Assembly: GCA_963842525.1 (NCBI GenBank)
Contig: CAWJGT010000001.1
Location: 726,215 to 790,214, forward strand
Length of the DNA: 64,000 nt
Reading direction: 5' to 3'
Origin: an uncultured Holophagales bacterium
GTDB taxonomy: Bacteria; Acidobacteriota; Thermoanaerobaculia; Multivoradales; UBA5704
Both the position numbers and the translations under genes were made by a program. The notes under the pieces were generated by a model. The model was not told the DNA's origin, did not search any database, and saw nothing but the letters and a program-made list of their open reading frames with translations. Positions 1 to 9,140 of this stretch are shown here, piece after piece; position 1 is the stretch's first letter, and the number at the start of each line of letters is the position of its first letter.

Positions 1-3
1 GGG

Positions 4-438
4 ATGATGAACAGAAAATCAGATCGCTTCGAAGGGCCGCAGGAGAAGCAGGGGGGCCGGATGGACCTCGTCCGGCAGGTCCCGTCCTGGCGGGAGATCC
101 GGCATGAGGTACCGAAGTCTGTGATGAGCCCCGACGGCCAGTGGCAGGCGAAGAACGACGACGACGACGTGAGGCTGGAGGACAAGCGCTCCGAACGCAC
201 GGTCGAGCGCCTGGCCCATGACGGCCTGCTCGATGTCTCCTTCAGCCCTGACGGCCGCTGGCTGGTCACCGCCGGAGGCGGAGCCGTCAAGGTGTGGCCG
301 CTCAAGGCAGAGGATCTGATCGCCCAGGCCTGCGAGCGCCTGCCGCAAGACCGCCAGCCCGCGGAATGGCCGGAGGCCGTGCGGTCCCTGATGGCCCCCG
401 GCCCGTGCGAGGCGGCGGCCGGGGCACCACCGGGGTAG
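4..438 (+). CDS. C-terminal fragment of a WD40-repeat protein (5' end lies outside the window)
   Basis: ORF translation ends '...SFSPDGRWLVTAGGGAVKVW...', a WD40 blade-like motif; the ORF is open to the window edge. Confidence 0.4.
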   Translation: MMNRKSDRFEGPQEKQGGRMDLVRQVPSWREIRHEVPKSVMSPDGQWQAKNDDDDVRLEDKRSERTVERLAHDGLLDVSFSPDGRWLVTAGGGAVKVWPLKAEDLIAQACERLPQDRQPAEWPEAVRSLMAPGPCEAAAGAPPG

Positions 439-730
439 GTCCATGAATCTGTCTCCCTGCCTACCAGGGCTTCACCTTCAGCCACGCGACCACGAGGTTG
501 GTGTGCTCGTTGAAATCGTCAATCTCGCGGGCACAACGCGCAACAAAACCACAGTCATGGACTGTGAAAACCAGCGCCCGCAAAAAAGGCTCACGTCCAC
601 GACCACAACCCTTGTGGGAACCACAGCGGCCAGGGCGTCTCCTCCAAGGCCCCCGACACCACGAGGCCACCGCTCGGCACACGCCGACCACCCTGCGGCG
701 CCGGCCGATGGACCTGCGAGGCGCGATGGC

Positions 731-940
731 GGACCTGCAGGTCAAGCCAGTCGACCTGCAGGGTGCGCTGGTGAACCTGCGGGTCAAGCGGGTGAACCTG
801 CAGGGTGCGCGGGTCAACCTGCAGGTCCACCTGGCGAACCTCCAGGTCCACCTCGTCACGCCGCAGGTCCACCGGCAGACGCCGAAGGGCAGGCCCGCTG
901 ACCCGCAGGTCCACCGGCAGACGCCGCAGGGTGGCAGGGG
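731..940. repeat. About 10 tandem copies of a 21-bp unit (aacctgcagggtgcgcgggtc-like); the coding frame is ambiguous
   Basis: Seen directly: gacctgcaggtcaagccagtc / gacctgcagggtgcgctggtg / aacctgcgggtcaagcgggtg / aacctgcagggtgcgcgggtc / aacctgcaggtccacctggcg ... . One frame reads as a heptad 'VNLQGAR VNLQVHL ANLQVHL', another reads 'GEPAGQA GEPAGCA'. Confidence 0.8.
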
Positions 941-956
941 CACGCGAGAGGTCCGG

Positions 957-3900
957 CTAGCCCTGCGGCTCCGGCTCCAGCACCACCTGCACCTGCACGG
1001 TGCCGCCGGGGGTGACGGTGATCGGGGTCTCCTTCGGGGCGAACCCATCCTTCTCGACCTTCAGGAGATAGCTCCCCGCAGCCAGCCGGGGGAATTCGAA
1101 GGCGCCCTGATCGTCCGTCTGGACTCTGGGGCCCGAGAAAAAGATGTCCGGCTCCGGGCCACTCCCGCGCAGCGAGACCAGGGCTTCGGGGACGGGTGAG
1201 CCGGCGGGGGTGAGGACGTGGCCTGCAGCGGAGCCGGTAGAGATCTCGATCGACACCTCCTGATCGGAGGTCAGCTCCAGGGACCGGGCATATCCGGGGC
1301 CGGCGTCGGGCGCGATGAGCAACTGCCAGGCTCCGGGCTGCAGGCCGTCGATCTCGAAGCTCCCGTCGTACCGGGTCGATGCCCGGCGCGTCTCGGAGCC
1401 CTGGCGTTGCGAGGCAACCAGGATGTCGGTTCCCGGCAGAGGCTTTCCGTCCAGAAGAACCTGGCCCGACAACTTGAGGCCGGCCGCGAATTGGAGGTCC
1501 AGCACCACCTCCTCTCCCGCCGGGGCGACCTCGACGGAGCCCTCGGCCTGCCGGTGGGGGTACAGGTACGCGAACACCCGCCAGGTTCCCGGAGCGGCAT
1601 CAGGGATCTGATAGCGGCTCCCCGGGCCGACGGTCCCGAAGAGGCGGCCCCCGGGCGGCCCTTCGAGCATCGCTACGATCTCAGCTCCGGCCAGCTCGTC
1701 CGCGGGCAGTCCCAGGAGGCTCCCCACGATCCGGGCCCCTCGGGCGAGCCTCAGCTCGAGGCCCTCGACGGGCCGGCCAGCAATGTGGACCTCGCGCGGG
1801 TCCAGCGTCCGTGCGAAGCCGGAAGCGCTCCCCTCCAGTTGAAAGATCCCATTGGTAACGGCCGGGAACAGGAAGGTGCCATCCATGCGGGAGCGGGTGG
1901 AAAAGGTCTGGCGCGAGCGGACCGGCCTCAGGAGGAGGGCCACAGCCGGCAGCGGCGTCCCCTGTGCGTCCGTCACCCGGCCGGAGACCTCGACGCCGCT
2001 GTCGAACGCGAAGTCGAGGCGGTTCACGCCCGGCCGGACCTCCGTGGGCCTCTGCAGGAGCTGGTCGTTGCCTTCGACCCTGACCATGACATTGTGCTCC
2101 CCCAGCTCGAGCCCCTCCAGGCGATAGCGCCCCTCGGTGTCCGTCGCGCCGTGGGGCGAGGAGAGCATCCGATCGTCGCGGTCCTCGAGATGGGCGCGGA
2201 CGTCCGCCCCGGCCACAGGCTCTCCGCGGCCATCCACGACGCGGCCTTCGAGGATGGCACCCCTTTCCAGCGTGACCTCGACCGGGGCGGCATCGCCCTG
2301 CTCCGGGAACCGCAGCCCCCGGACCAGCCGCATCCGATAGCCTGGGGCCCTCACGCCGAACGAGACCTCCCCCGCATCACCGGTCAGGACGAACTTCCCC
2401 TCGCCGTCGGTCGTCGTCGGGTGGTAGGACCAGTGGCCGTAGCCCGTCTTCCCGCCGCCGAGGCCCCTCTCGTGCTCGGTGAACGTGATGACCTGCGCTC
2501 CGGCGACCGGCCGCCCTTCGGGGTCCAGCACCCGGCCGGTCAAGCGGCGAAGCGCCAGATCCTGGAGCACGACCTGGACCGGCTCGAGCGTTGGCGCCTC
2601 CAACCCGGGAAGGTTGCTCTCGGCATATCCCTCGCGCGAGACGCTCAAGTGGAACCGCCGTCCCCGCGCCAGACCCGTGAGGCGGAAGCGCCCGTCGGGA
2701 CCCGTGACGACTGTGGCGCCGGTGGAGGGATACGGATCTACCGAAGCGCCCTCGACCGGAGCTCCGCGCGCGTCGATCACCCGTCCTTCGACCTCCACGC
2801 CCTCCTGCAGTGTGACCGTCCCCAGGTCCACCTCGCCCGCCGTCCCCGTGATCTCCACGCCCGGCAGGCGGACCGACACGAGCTTCGGGTGCTCCACCCA
2901 CAGATCGAAGCGTCCCGCAAACAGGTTCTGGAAGCGGAACGCGCCGGCAGCGTCCGAGATGGTCCTGAAGAGCTGCCTCCCAGGGTCGTGCGACCGCCTG
3001 GGATTCTGCTCCCCTCCTTCCGCTGCGCGGCGAAGAGTCAGCCTCGCCCCTGGAATCGCAGCCCCCTGCTCGTCCAGGACCTTCCCGACGGCAGTGCTGC
3101 CCCGGCTCAGGACGATCCGCAGAGGGGGTGTGGCTTGCCCCGGAGACGAAGACCAGGCCGGCAGGAGGGCTTCCGCGAACGCCTCCCGGGTGACCCTGAC
3201 CTCATAAGGCGCCGCGGCAGGGAGGCCGCGGATCTGGAAGCTCCCGTCCGGGTTGCTCCAGACCGCATCCCGGGACGCCAGAAGGCCGCGCTCAGAGCCC
3301 GGCGCTGTGGCCTCGAGCCGGGCGTCACCGACCGGCCGGCCTTCGGAATCCACGACACGCCCGAGGATCGAGCCGGCGGGATCCAGCAGCACGGTGATGT
3401 CCGGAGAGCTCCCTTTCTGCGGCTGCTGAGACGATTGCACATGGGCCGCCGCGACGGCCCGGAAGGAGGCCTGCTGCGAGCCCGGCGCGAGAGGAAGGCG
3501 GAAGCCGCCGTCCGCCCCGGCCCGCACCCAGGTGCGCCTGCCCCAGAGCAGCGCTCCGGGCAGGGGAGCGCGCGTGGCCGCGTCGAGCACCCGCCCTGCA
3601 ACGACGGCCGGGCTGTTGGACAGGGTGACGACCTTCGGCTTCGACCCGTCCTCATCCGGACCGAAGGTCAGCTCCGCCCACTCTCCGGTGGGACCTTCCA
3701 GCATCAGCCCGGCACGTTGCTGTGGGACGAGCAGGCTCAGCCGGCCGGCCGCGCCGGTTGCGGTGATCGGCCGTCGCTGTTGCCAGAGCACGGCGCCGGC
3801 GACCGGTCTGCCGTCCCTGCCGCGAACCTCCACGGTGCGCAGCGGACCGGCGGCGAGGCGGATCGTCTCCTTGCCGCCCACCTGGGCTTCGGCCTCCTGG

Positions 3901-4559
3901 CCGAGGAATGCCGGAGTCAGGGCCGTGAGGTCGATCCGCTCCCCAGCGCGGGCGAACCGTTGCAGGACTTCGGCTGCTTCCTGGCCAAGGAGCGACAGAT
4001 CCAGGGCCGGGAGGTCGATCCGCTCCGCAGCGAGGGTGGACAGGTGCAGCTTTCCCTTCTCTCCGGTGGTCCCGCCACCATCGACGGGCCGCCAGCCGGT
4101 GTTCTCCTCCCGAAAATTGAACCCCTGGGGCCCGCTGGCGGAGAAACGGATTCCCGCGAGTGGCTGCCCTTCGGGTCCCAGGACCGTCACCTCGGTCTCG
4201 ACCGCGGGCTTCAGCCGGGCCGGCGGGAGCTCGGTCTCCTCGACCAGCGGTACCGGGTCCCGCTCGACCGCTACGCAACCCGGGGCCTGGACGCGGATGC
4301 GGAAGAGACCCTCCTCGGGAGCGAAAAGCTCGAAGGAACCGTCGGCCAGAGGCCGGGCCGAAGCGAGCGGCGGCGGCTCGGGGCCGCCCGCGAGGAGACG
4401 GAGCGCGTCGTCGTACCCGACAAACGCAGGGAGCAGGTCGATCCGGGCACCGGCGGGAACCGGCGCGGCGATCCGGCCCGTGACCCGCACCGGCGCCGCC
4501 ACGACCGGGAGCGCAGCGGCGAGGACGCAGGCCAGCGCGAAGGCAAGCTGTCTCTGCAT
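957..4559 (-). CDS. Large secreted CarboxypepD_reg-like (Cna-B/PEGA-type) repeat protein, 1200 aa
   Basis: N-terminal signal peptide 'MQRQLAFALACVLAAALPVVAAP'. Many repeats of 'GRVxDxxGxPVAGAxV'. It is a paralog of 5537..9082 and shares its C-terminus '...VTPGGxVQVQVVLEPEP'. Confidence 0.75.
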   Translation of the reverse strand: MQRQLAFALACVLAAALPVVAAPVRVTGRIAAPVPAGARIDLLPAFVGYDDALRLLAGGPEPPPLASARPLADGSFELFAPEEGLFRIRVQAPGCVAVERDPVPLVEETELPPARLKPAVETEVTVLGPEGQPLAGIRFSASGPQGFNFREENTGWRPVDGGGTTGEKGKLHLSTLAAERIDLPALDLSLLGQEAAEVLQRFARAGERIDLTALTPAFLGQEAEAQVGGKETIRLAAGPLRTVEVRGRDGRPVAGAVLWQQRRPITATGAAGRLSLLVPQQRAGLMLEGPTGEWAELTFGPDEDGSKPKVVTLSNSPAVVAGRVLDAATRAPLPGALLWGRRTWVRAGADGGFRLPLAPGSQQASFRAVAAAHVQSSQQPQKGSSPDITVLLDPAGSILGRVVDSEGRPVGDARLEATAPGSERGLLASRDAVWSNPDGSFQIRGLPAAAPYEVRVTREAFAEALLPAWSSSPGQATPPLRIVLSRGSTAVGKVLDEQGAAIPGARLTLRRAAEGGEQNPRRSHDPGRQLFRTISDAAGAFRFQNLFAGRFDLWVEHPKLVSVRLPGVEITGTAGEVDLGTVTLQEGVEVEGRVIDARGAPVEGASVDPYPSTGATVVTGPDGRFRLTGLARGRRFHLSVSREGYAESNLPGLEAPTLEPVQVVLQDLALRRLTGRVLDPEGRPVAGAQVITFTEHERGLGGGKTGYGHWSYHPTTTDGEGKFVLTGDAGEVSFGVRAPGYRMRLVRGLRFPEQGDAAPVEVTLERGAILEGRVVDGRGEPVAGADVRAHLEDRDDRMLSSPHGATDTEGRYRLEGLELGEHNVMVRVEGNDQLLQRPTEVRPGVNRLDFAFDSGVEVSGRVTDAQGTPLPAVALLLRPVRSRQTFSTRSRMDGTFLFPAVTNGIFQLEGSASGFARTLDPREVHIAGRPVEGLELRLARGARIVGSLLGLPADELAGAEIVAMLEGPPGGRLFGTVGPGSRYQIPDAAPGTWRVFAYLYPHRQAEGSVEVAPAGEEVVLDLQFAAGLKLSGQVLLDGKPLPGTDILVASQRQGSETRRASTRYDGSFEIDGLQPGAWQLLIAPDAGPGYARSLELTSDQEVSIEISTGSAAGHVLTPAGSPVPEALVSLRGSGPEPDIFFSGPRVQTDDQGAFEFPRLAAGSYLLKVEKDGFAPKETPITVTPGGTVQVQVVLEPEPQG

Positions 4560-4579
4560 ACGCCTCCTGATCAGATCCT

Positions 4580-4690
4580 ATCCGAACGGCCCGTGCTCGA
4601 GCACCACTTGAACCTGCGCCGTGCCGCCGGGTGACGGTGAACTTTTCCTGGCGCGACCGGAACCCGGGCCACCACGCCCGGAGCCGGCTG
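4580..4690 (-). pseudogene. 3'-terminal remnant of a third CarboxypepD_reg paralog
   Basis: 'ctcgagcaccacttgaacctgcgccgtgccgccgggtgacggtgaacttttcctggcgcgaccgg' matches the 3' ends at 957-1030 and 5537-5610 (~85 %). It carries a 2-nt deletion relative to 'gccgccgggggtgacggtg' and has no upstream gene body. Confidence 0.6.
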
Positions 4691-4913
4691 CGCCGAATTC
4701 TGAGCCTCCTGCACCGTGGCGCAGACGACCTGCGCCGTGGCGCGGGCTGCCACGCCGAGGTGCAGGCGGACTACGCCGTGGCGCAGATACCCCACAAAAA
4801 CACCAGGAAACTCTACGAATCGGCTGGCTCAGCCCCCGAACCCGTGTAGCTCGAAGACTTTACGGCGCAGAAAGCCCTGAGCTCGCCCGGCTGGCCGCCG
4901 ACCCGGAGCAGCT

Positions 4914-5300
4914 CTATCCGTCCGTTTTCTGGGCCGCCTCCGAGTACATCGCATCCAGCCCCACCCCGGCCAGCTCCAGCGACACCCCACCCGCCGCGGC
5001 AAGCAACAGCTTCAGCGACTCCGGCGACCGCACCAGGCAGAGCGCCACGTGCAGGGCGGGCGGAATGTCGTCGTTGAACAGCTCCAGGTGCGCCACCACC
5101 CCGCCCCAATCGCCCCGGCTTTCGATGCCATAGCCGAGGAGGTCCGGCTCGCTCCGCAGCCGGAACGCCTGATCGCGGCCCGTGGCCGGCAACACCGCCG
5201 CCAGCAGCCGCGCCAGCCACAGGGTCTTGCACACCGCCACCGGCCGGAAGCCCCGAGTATAGCTTTCACCCGGCCGGAACAGCCCGTACCCGTGCTCCAA
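4914..5300 (-). CDS. Hypothetical protein (TTG start); uncertain
   Basis: Protein-like composition ('...GYGIESRGDWGGVVAHLELFNDDIPPALHVAL...'). I recognise no family. Confidence 0.25.
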   Translation of the reverse strand: MEHGYGLFRPGESYTRGFRPVAVCKTLWLARLLAAVLPATGRDQAFRLRSEPDLLGYGIESRGDWGGVVAHLELFNDDIPPALHVALCLVRSPESLKLLLAAAGGVSLELAGVGLDAMYSEAAQKTDG

Positions 5301-5439
5301 ATGCTCTTCGATGTGCCACGGCCCGGCCGCCTCGGCCTCGGCCGCGAACGGCGGCTCGTCCTGCTCGCCAACTCTATCAAGGAAGGATGAAACGCGTTGC
5401 GGGGGGAGGGAACCTCTTTGCTACTATCGGTGTAGCCAC

Positions 5440-5535
5440 GCATGGGCCTCGCACTCCTTGCCAGCGCCCACAAGGGGCGCTTCCCTCCGCCCCCCGGAGG
5501 AGATGTGTGTAAAGGTAGGGGTTGAAACCCCAGGC
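5440..5535. repeat. GC-rich multi-hairpin element (the gcgcccacaaggggcgc hairpin, a gagatgtgtgtaaaggta block, and the ggggttgaaacccc hairpin)
   Basis: The 18-nt block 'gagatgtgtgtaaaggta' and the hairpin 'gcgcccacaaggggcgc' recur in reverse complement at 49575-49631 and 49845-49862. Confidence 0.6.
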
Positions 5536-5536
5536 A

Positions 5537-8500
5537 TCACGGCTCCGGCTCCAGCACCACCTGCACCTGCACCGCGCCGCCGGGGGTGACGGTGAGCTTT
5601 TCCTGGCGCGTTCGGAAGCCATCGGCCCGGATGCTCAGCTCGTAGGTACCCGCGGCCACGCCCGGCATCTCGAAATCGCCCGCATCGCCGGTCCTCGCGG
5701 CGAGCGCCGAGGTCCATGCCGTCTGGTCGTAGACGAGGCCGTGCGCCAGGATCTCCACTCCGGAGACCGGCTCGCCGCTGGCCGCCAGGACCCGTCCGGC
5801 GATCGCACCGGTCGCGATCTCGATGTCGATCTCGCGGTCGGACGTCAGCTCCACCTGCTGGCCGTGTACGATGCCGCGGCCTTCGTGGAGGATCGTCAAC
5901 TGGTAGGTGCCGGGCGCGAGGGCCGGAATGGAGAACGCGCCTTCGTAGCCGGTCCGTGCTTCGCCCCCGAACGGCCCTCTCTGCCCTGGCCCGTAAGCCG
6001 TCAGCTTCGCACCCCGCAGCGGCTCGCCGTCCACCAGCACGCGCCCGCTCAGGGTCACCCCCTTCTCGAAGCTCAGGTCGAGATGGACCTCGCGATCTTC
6101 CGGCTCGATCCGGACCGTCCCGGCGGCCTTCCGGCCGGACGGTGTGGTCGCGGTCACGTTCCAGTCGCCGGGCGTGAGGCCCTCGACGGTGTAGCTCCCA
6201 TCCCAGCTCGCACGGCCCTGACGATCGAAGTCGAAGCGCTTGCTGGTCCCGATCTGCACCTGTGCGAGCTCCTCCGGGTCCAGGCCGGAAATCCGCCCCC
6301 GGAGGGTAGCTTCCGGCTGGCGCTTCAGCCGGACCTCGATCCCGGAGACCGGTGCTCCCGCTACCTGCATCGGGCTCGGATCCGCTTCGGCGAACCCCTG
6401 GCGCCGGACCGTCAGTCTGTAGGTCCCATCCTTGACGTAGGACAGAAGGAACGATCCGTCGGCCGCGGTGGAGGACCCGAAGCCCGAGACGTTGTCATTG
6501 CGCAGGATGACCTCGGCGCCGGAGATGGGATCTCCCGACTCCTCGTCGAGCACCTGGCCGGAGACCTCGACGCCGGCGGCCTTCTCCAGGACGATCTCGA
6601 CCTCGTTGGCCCCGGGCTGGACCGTGACCTTCACCTCGGCCGGCAGGCCGACGGCAGACATGGCGGTGACCGAAAACACTCCCGGCTCGAGGTTCAGAGA
6701 GAATCGTCCATTGCCGTCCGTGAGAGCTCTTTCGCTCTGCCAGGAGGCGCGCCGGGTGGCACCGATCTCCTCCGAGGACCGGACCGGCCGCGCCCAGATG
6801 CTGACCTTCGGCAAGGGCTCACCTGCCGAATCGCGCACGCGGCCGTCCAGCACGGAGCCCCCTTCGAGCGAGATCTCCAGGCCGTCGAGGTCCCGGTTGT
6901 CCGGAACCCGCAGGCCGAACAGGCGCCGATTCTTGTAGCCGCGGGCGGCGACCTCCAGATCGAGGCTCCCGGGCGGCAGGTTCGGGATCCGGAACTCTCC
7001 GTCCGGCCCCGTCCGGCCCCCCTCCCGCGTCGACTGGGAGATGCCGCCTCTGGCCCTGTCGTCCTGGACGAGGAGGACGCTGGCGTCCACGACCGGCTCG
7101 CCGCTCGGGCCGAGCACCCTGCCGGAGGCGCTGCGGGCGGTGGCGAGCTCGATGTCGAGGGGCACCAGGGTCGGGGCCTGCACGCCCATCGCCTCGGCAG
7201 GAGGATGGCCGGGATGCACGATCCGCAGGTCGTAGCGCCTCCCGGGCCGGAGGTCGGCGAGGAGGAAGCGGCCGTCCGCGCCGGTCCGCGCCCGTAACTG
7301 GGGCTCTGGCGGGAGAGGTGGATGCTCCATGCTCATCCTTCCACGGACCGGGAGCGCCGCGATCTCGGCCCCTGCGACCGGTGCTCCCTGGCGGTCCCGC
7401 ACGGTCCCCTCCAGGGCCGCTCCGCGAAGGAGGGTCACGACGCCGAGGTCGGTGGCGGGTGTGCTGGCGATCTCGACGCCGGCACGGCGGAGCGGAGCGA
7501 ACCCCCGGCGCTCCACCTTCAGGTCGTACAGGCCCGGGCTCAGCCGGCGGACCTCGAAGCGGCCGTCTGCACCAGACGAAGCGCGAAATTCCTCCTCGTC
7601 GAACCCCATCGGCCCCGGGACCGCCAGGCTCACCGCGGTGCCTCCCACCGGCTGCCCGGACTCGTCGACCAGCCGGCCGCGCGCCGACCGGCCGGTGTCC
7701 AGGACGATCCGGACCGGAGCCGGCGCACGGCCCGGGGATGCCGTGCGGGCCGTGGCCGAGGCACGGGCAAACCCGTCCGCGGACACGGAGAGCTGGTAGA
7801 TCGCCCGCGGCAGGAGGCCCCGCAGCCGGAAGCGGCCGTCCGGCCTGCTCCAGGCGCGCTCCCCTTCTCTGAAGTACCGGGGGCGGGCGTCCTCCAGGGT
7901 TTCGACGCGGGCCCATGGCACCGGCCTCCCCTGCGCGTCCTCGATGCGGCCCTCGACAGCGGCCTCGAGGCGCAGCGCGACCGCCACCTCGACGCCGCGG
8001 ACCGGCAGGTAGTCCGGGCTCAGGTATCCCGCGGCGAAGACGCCGAGCTGGGGAGAGAGACCCCAGGGCACCGGCAGGCGGAAGCGGCCGGACACATCTG
8101 TCCGGACCGGCGGCGCGCTAAGCCGGGGCTCGCTCCAGACGAGGGCACCGGCCACGGGCCTGCCGGAGCCGGCCTCGGTCACCCGCCCGCGGACGAGCTG
8201 CGGCGGCGCGGTCCACAGCGGCCACGGCCGCCCCGGGACCAGGGCCGGTGGAGGTGCATTCGGGATGCCGGCCCACCGGCCGTCCGGCGTCTCGATCGTC
8301 AGGAGCTGCGCTCCGTGGATCTCTTCGAGGCTCACCTTCAACCGCCCGTCGGGACCGGAGAGGCCGACCGGCTGCGATCCCCGGCGGAGGAGAGCCCGCG
8401 GCACCGGACGGCCCTCGGCGCCCTGGATCTCGACGAGGTAGAGAACGGCGGGTTGTCGGAGCTCCACCGAGGAGCCATCGACCGCTTGCTGCACCAGCCA

Positions 8501-9082
8501 GAAAGCGCCGCCGCTCGCGGCGTACAGGCTCATCGATTCGTCCGGAGACTGCGGCAGAGCGAGCTTCCCGTCCGGCCCGGTCCGGCCCCGTCGCGGGACC
8601 CGCTGCCAGCCGGAAGGGCGTGCGAGGTCCCGCATGTCCGGAAGGGATTCGGCGAGCACGAGCAGATCCGGAAGGGGCCGGCCACGGGGGCCCATCGCCC
8701 GCACCTCCAGGGACGAGGAGGCGGGCTCCAGCTCCACCGGGGACAGCTCCTTGATGCCCCCGACTGCGACCCCGGGCTGCTCGAGCGGCAGATACCCGTC
8801 GGCCCGCACGACCACGCGATAGAGCCCGCTCTCCGGAGCTTCCAGCTCGAACGCACCGTCAAGTCCCGGCCGCGTCGAGGCCAGAGGAGGAAGCTCGGTC
8901 CCTTCGAGCCGCCGCACGGCGTCCGCATAGGTCTCGACCGCCGGGAACAGCTCGGCCCTGGCGCCAGCCGCCTGTGCGGCAGGGCCGAGGATCCGGCCGC
9001 GGATCCGCACCGGCTCGGCCGCCATCGGCGAAGCGAGGGCCAGGATCGAGAGGACGGCGAGAGCGCAGCGTGTGCCCTGCAT
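5537..9082 (-). CDS. Large secreted CarboxypepD_reg-like repeat protein, 1181 aa (paralog of 957..4559)
   Basis: Signal peptide 'MQGTRCALAVLSILALASPMAAEP'. Same repeat architecture, and a conserved C-terminal 'LTVTPGGAVQVQVVLEPEP'. Confidence 0.75.
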   Translation of the reverse strand: MQGTRCALAVLSILALASPMAAEPVRIRGRILGPAAQAAGARAELFPAVETYADAVRRLEGTELPPLASTRPGLDGAFELEAPESGLYRVVVRADGYLPLEQPGVAVGGIKELSPVELEPASSSLEVRAMGPRGRPLPDLLVLAESLPDMRDLARPSGWQRVPRRGRTGPDGKLALPQSPDESMSLYAASGGAFWLVQQAVDGSSVELRQPAVLYLVEIQGAEGRPVPRALLRRGSQPVGLSGPDGRLKVSLEEIHGAQLLTIETPDGRWAGIPNAPPPALVPGRPWPLWTAPPQLVRGRVTEAGSGRPVAGALVWSEPRLSAPPVRTDVSGRFRLPVPWGLSPQLGVFAAGYLSPDYLPVRGVEVAVALRLEAAVEGRIEDAQGRPVPWARVETLEDARPRYFREGERAWSRPDGRFRLRGLLPRAIYQLSVSADGFARASATARTASPGRAPAPVRIVLDTGRSARGRLVDESGQPVGGTAVSLAVPGPMGFDEEEFRASSGADGRFEVRRLSPGLYDLKVERRGFAPLRRAGVEIASTPATDLGVVTLLRGAALEGTVRDRQGAPVAGAEIAALPVRGRMSMEHPPLPPEPQLRARTGADGRFLLADLRPGRRYDLRIVHPGHPPAEAMGVQAPTLVPLDIELATARSASGRVLGPSGEPVVDASVLLVQDDRARGGISQSTREGGRTGPDGEFRIPNLPPGSLDLEVAARGYKNRRLFGLRVPDNRDLDGLEISLEGGSVLDGRVRDSAGEPLPKVSIWARPVRSSEEIGATRRASWQSERALTDGNGRFSLNLEPGVFSVTAMSAVGLPAEVKVTVQPGANEVEIVLEKAAGVEVSGQVLDEESGDPISGAEVILRNDNVSGFGSSTAADGSFLLSYVKDGTYRLTVRRQGFAEADPSPMQVAGAPVSGIEVRLKRQPEATLRGRISGLDPEELAQVQIGTSKRFDFDRQGRASWDGSYTVEGLTPGDWNVTATTPSGRKAAGTVRIEPEDREVHLDLSFEKGVTLSGRVLVDGEPLRGAKLTAYGPGQRGPFGGEARTGYEGAFSIPALAPGTYQLTILHEGRGIVHGQQVELTSDREIDIEIATGAIAGRVLAASGEPVSGVEILAHGLVYDQTAWTSALAARTGDAGDFEMPGVAAGTYELSIRADGFRTRQEKLTVTPGGAVQVQVVLEPEP

Positions 9083-9140
9083 GCTTCGGTCTCCTTCTGG
9101 AATTCTACCCCCGGTGGCCTGTGATAAAACCCTTCCACGT

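Noticed and set aside
443-901. Collagen-like Gly-X-Y reading of the repeat region (GEPAGQAGEPAGCAGQPAGPPGEPPGPP)
   Set aside because: The Gly spacing alternates 3 and 4 (period 7), following the 21-bp DNA repeat. It is not a true GXY triplet periodicity.
1218-4634. 1138-aa plus-strand ORF
   Set aside because: It is the antisense of the CarboxypepD_reg gene 957..4559. The composition is Arg/Gly/Pro-rich, typical of antisense frames in high-GC DNA, with no motifs.
5522-9124. Plus-strand ORFs 5522..7297 and 7322..9124
   Set aside because: They are antisense to 5537..9082. Same Arg-rich artefact.
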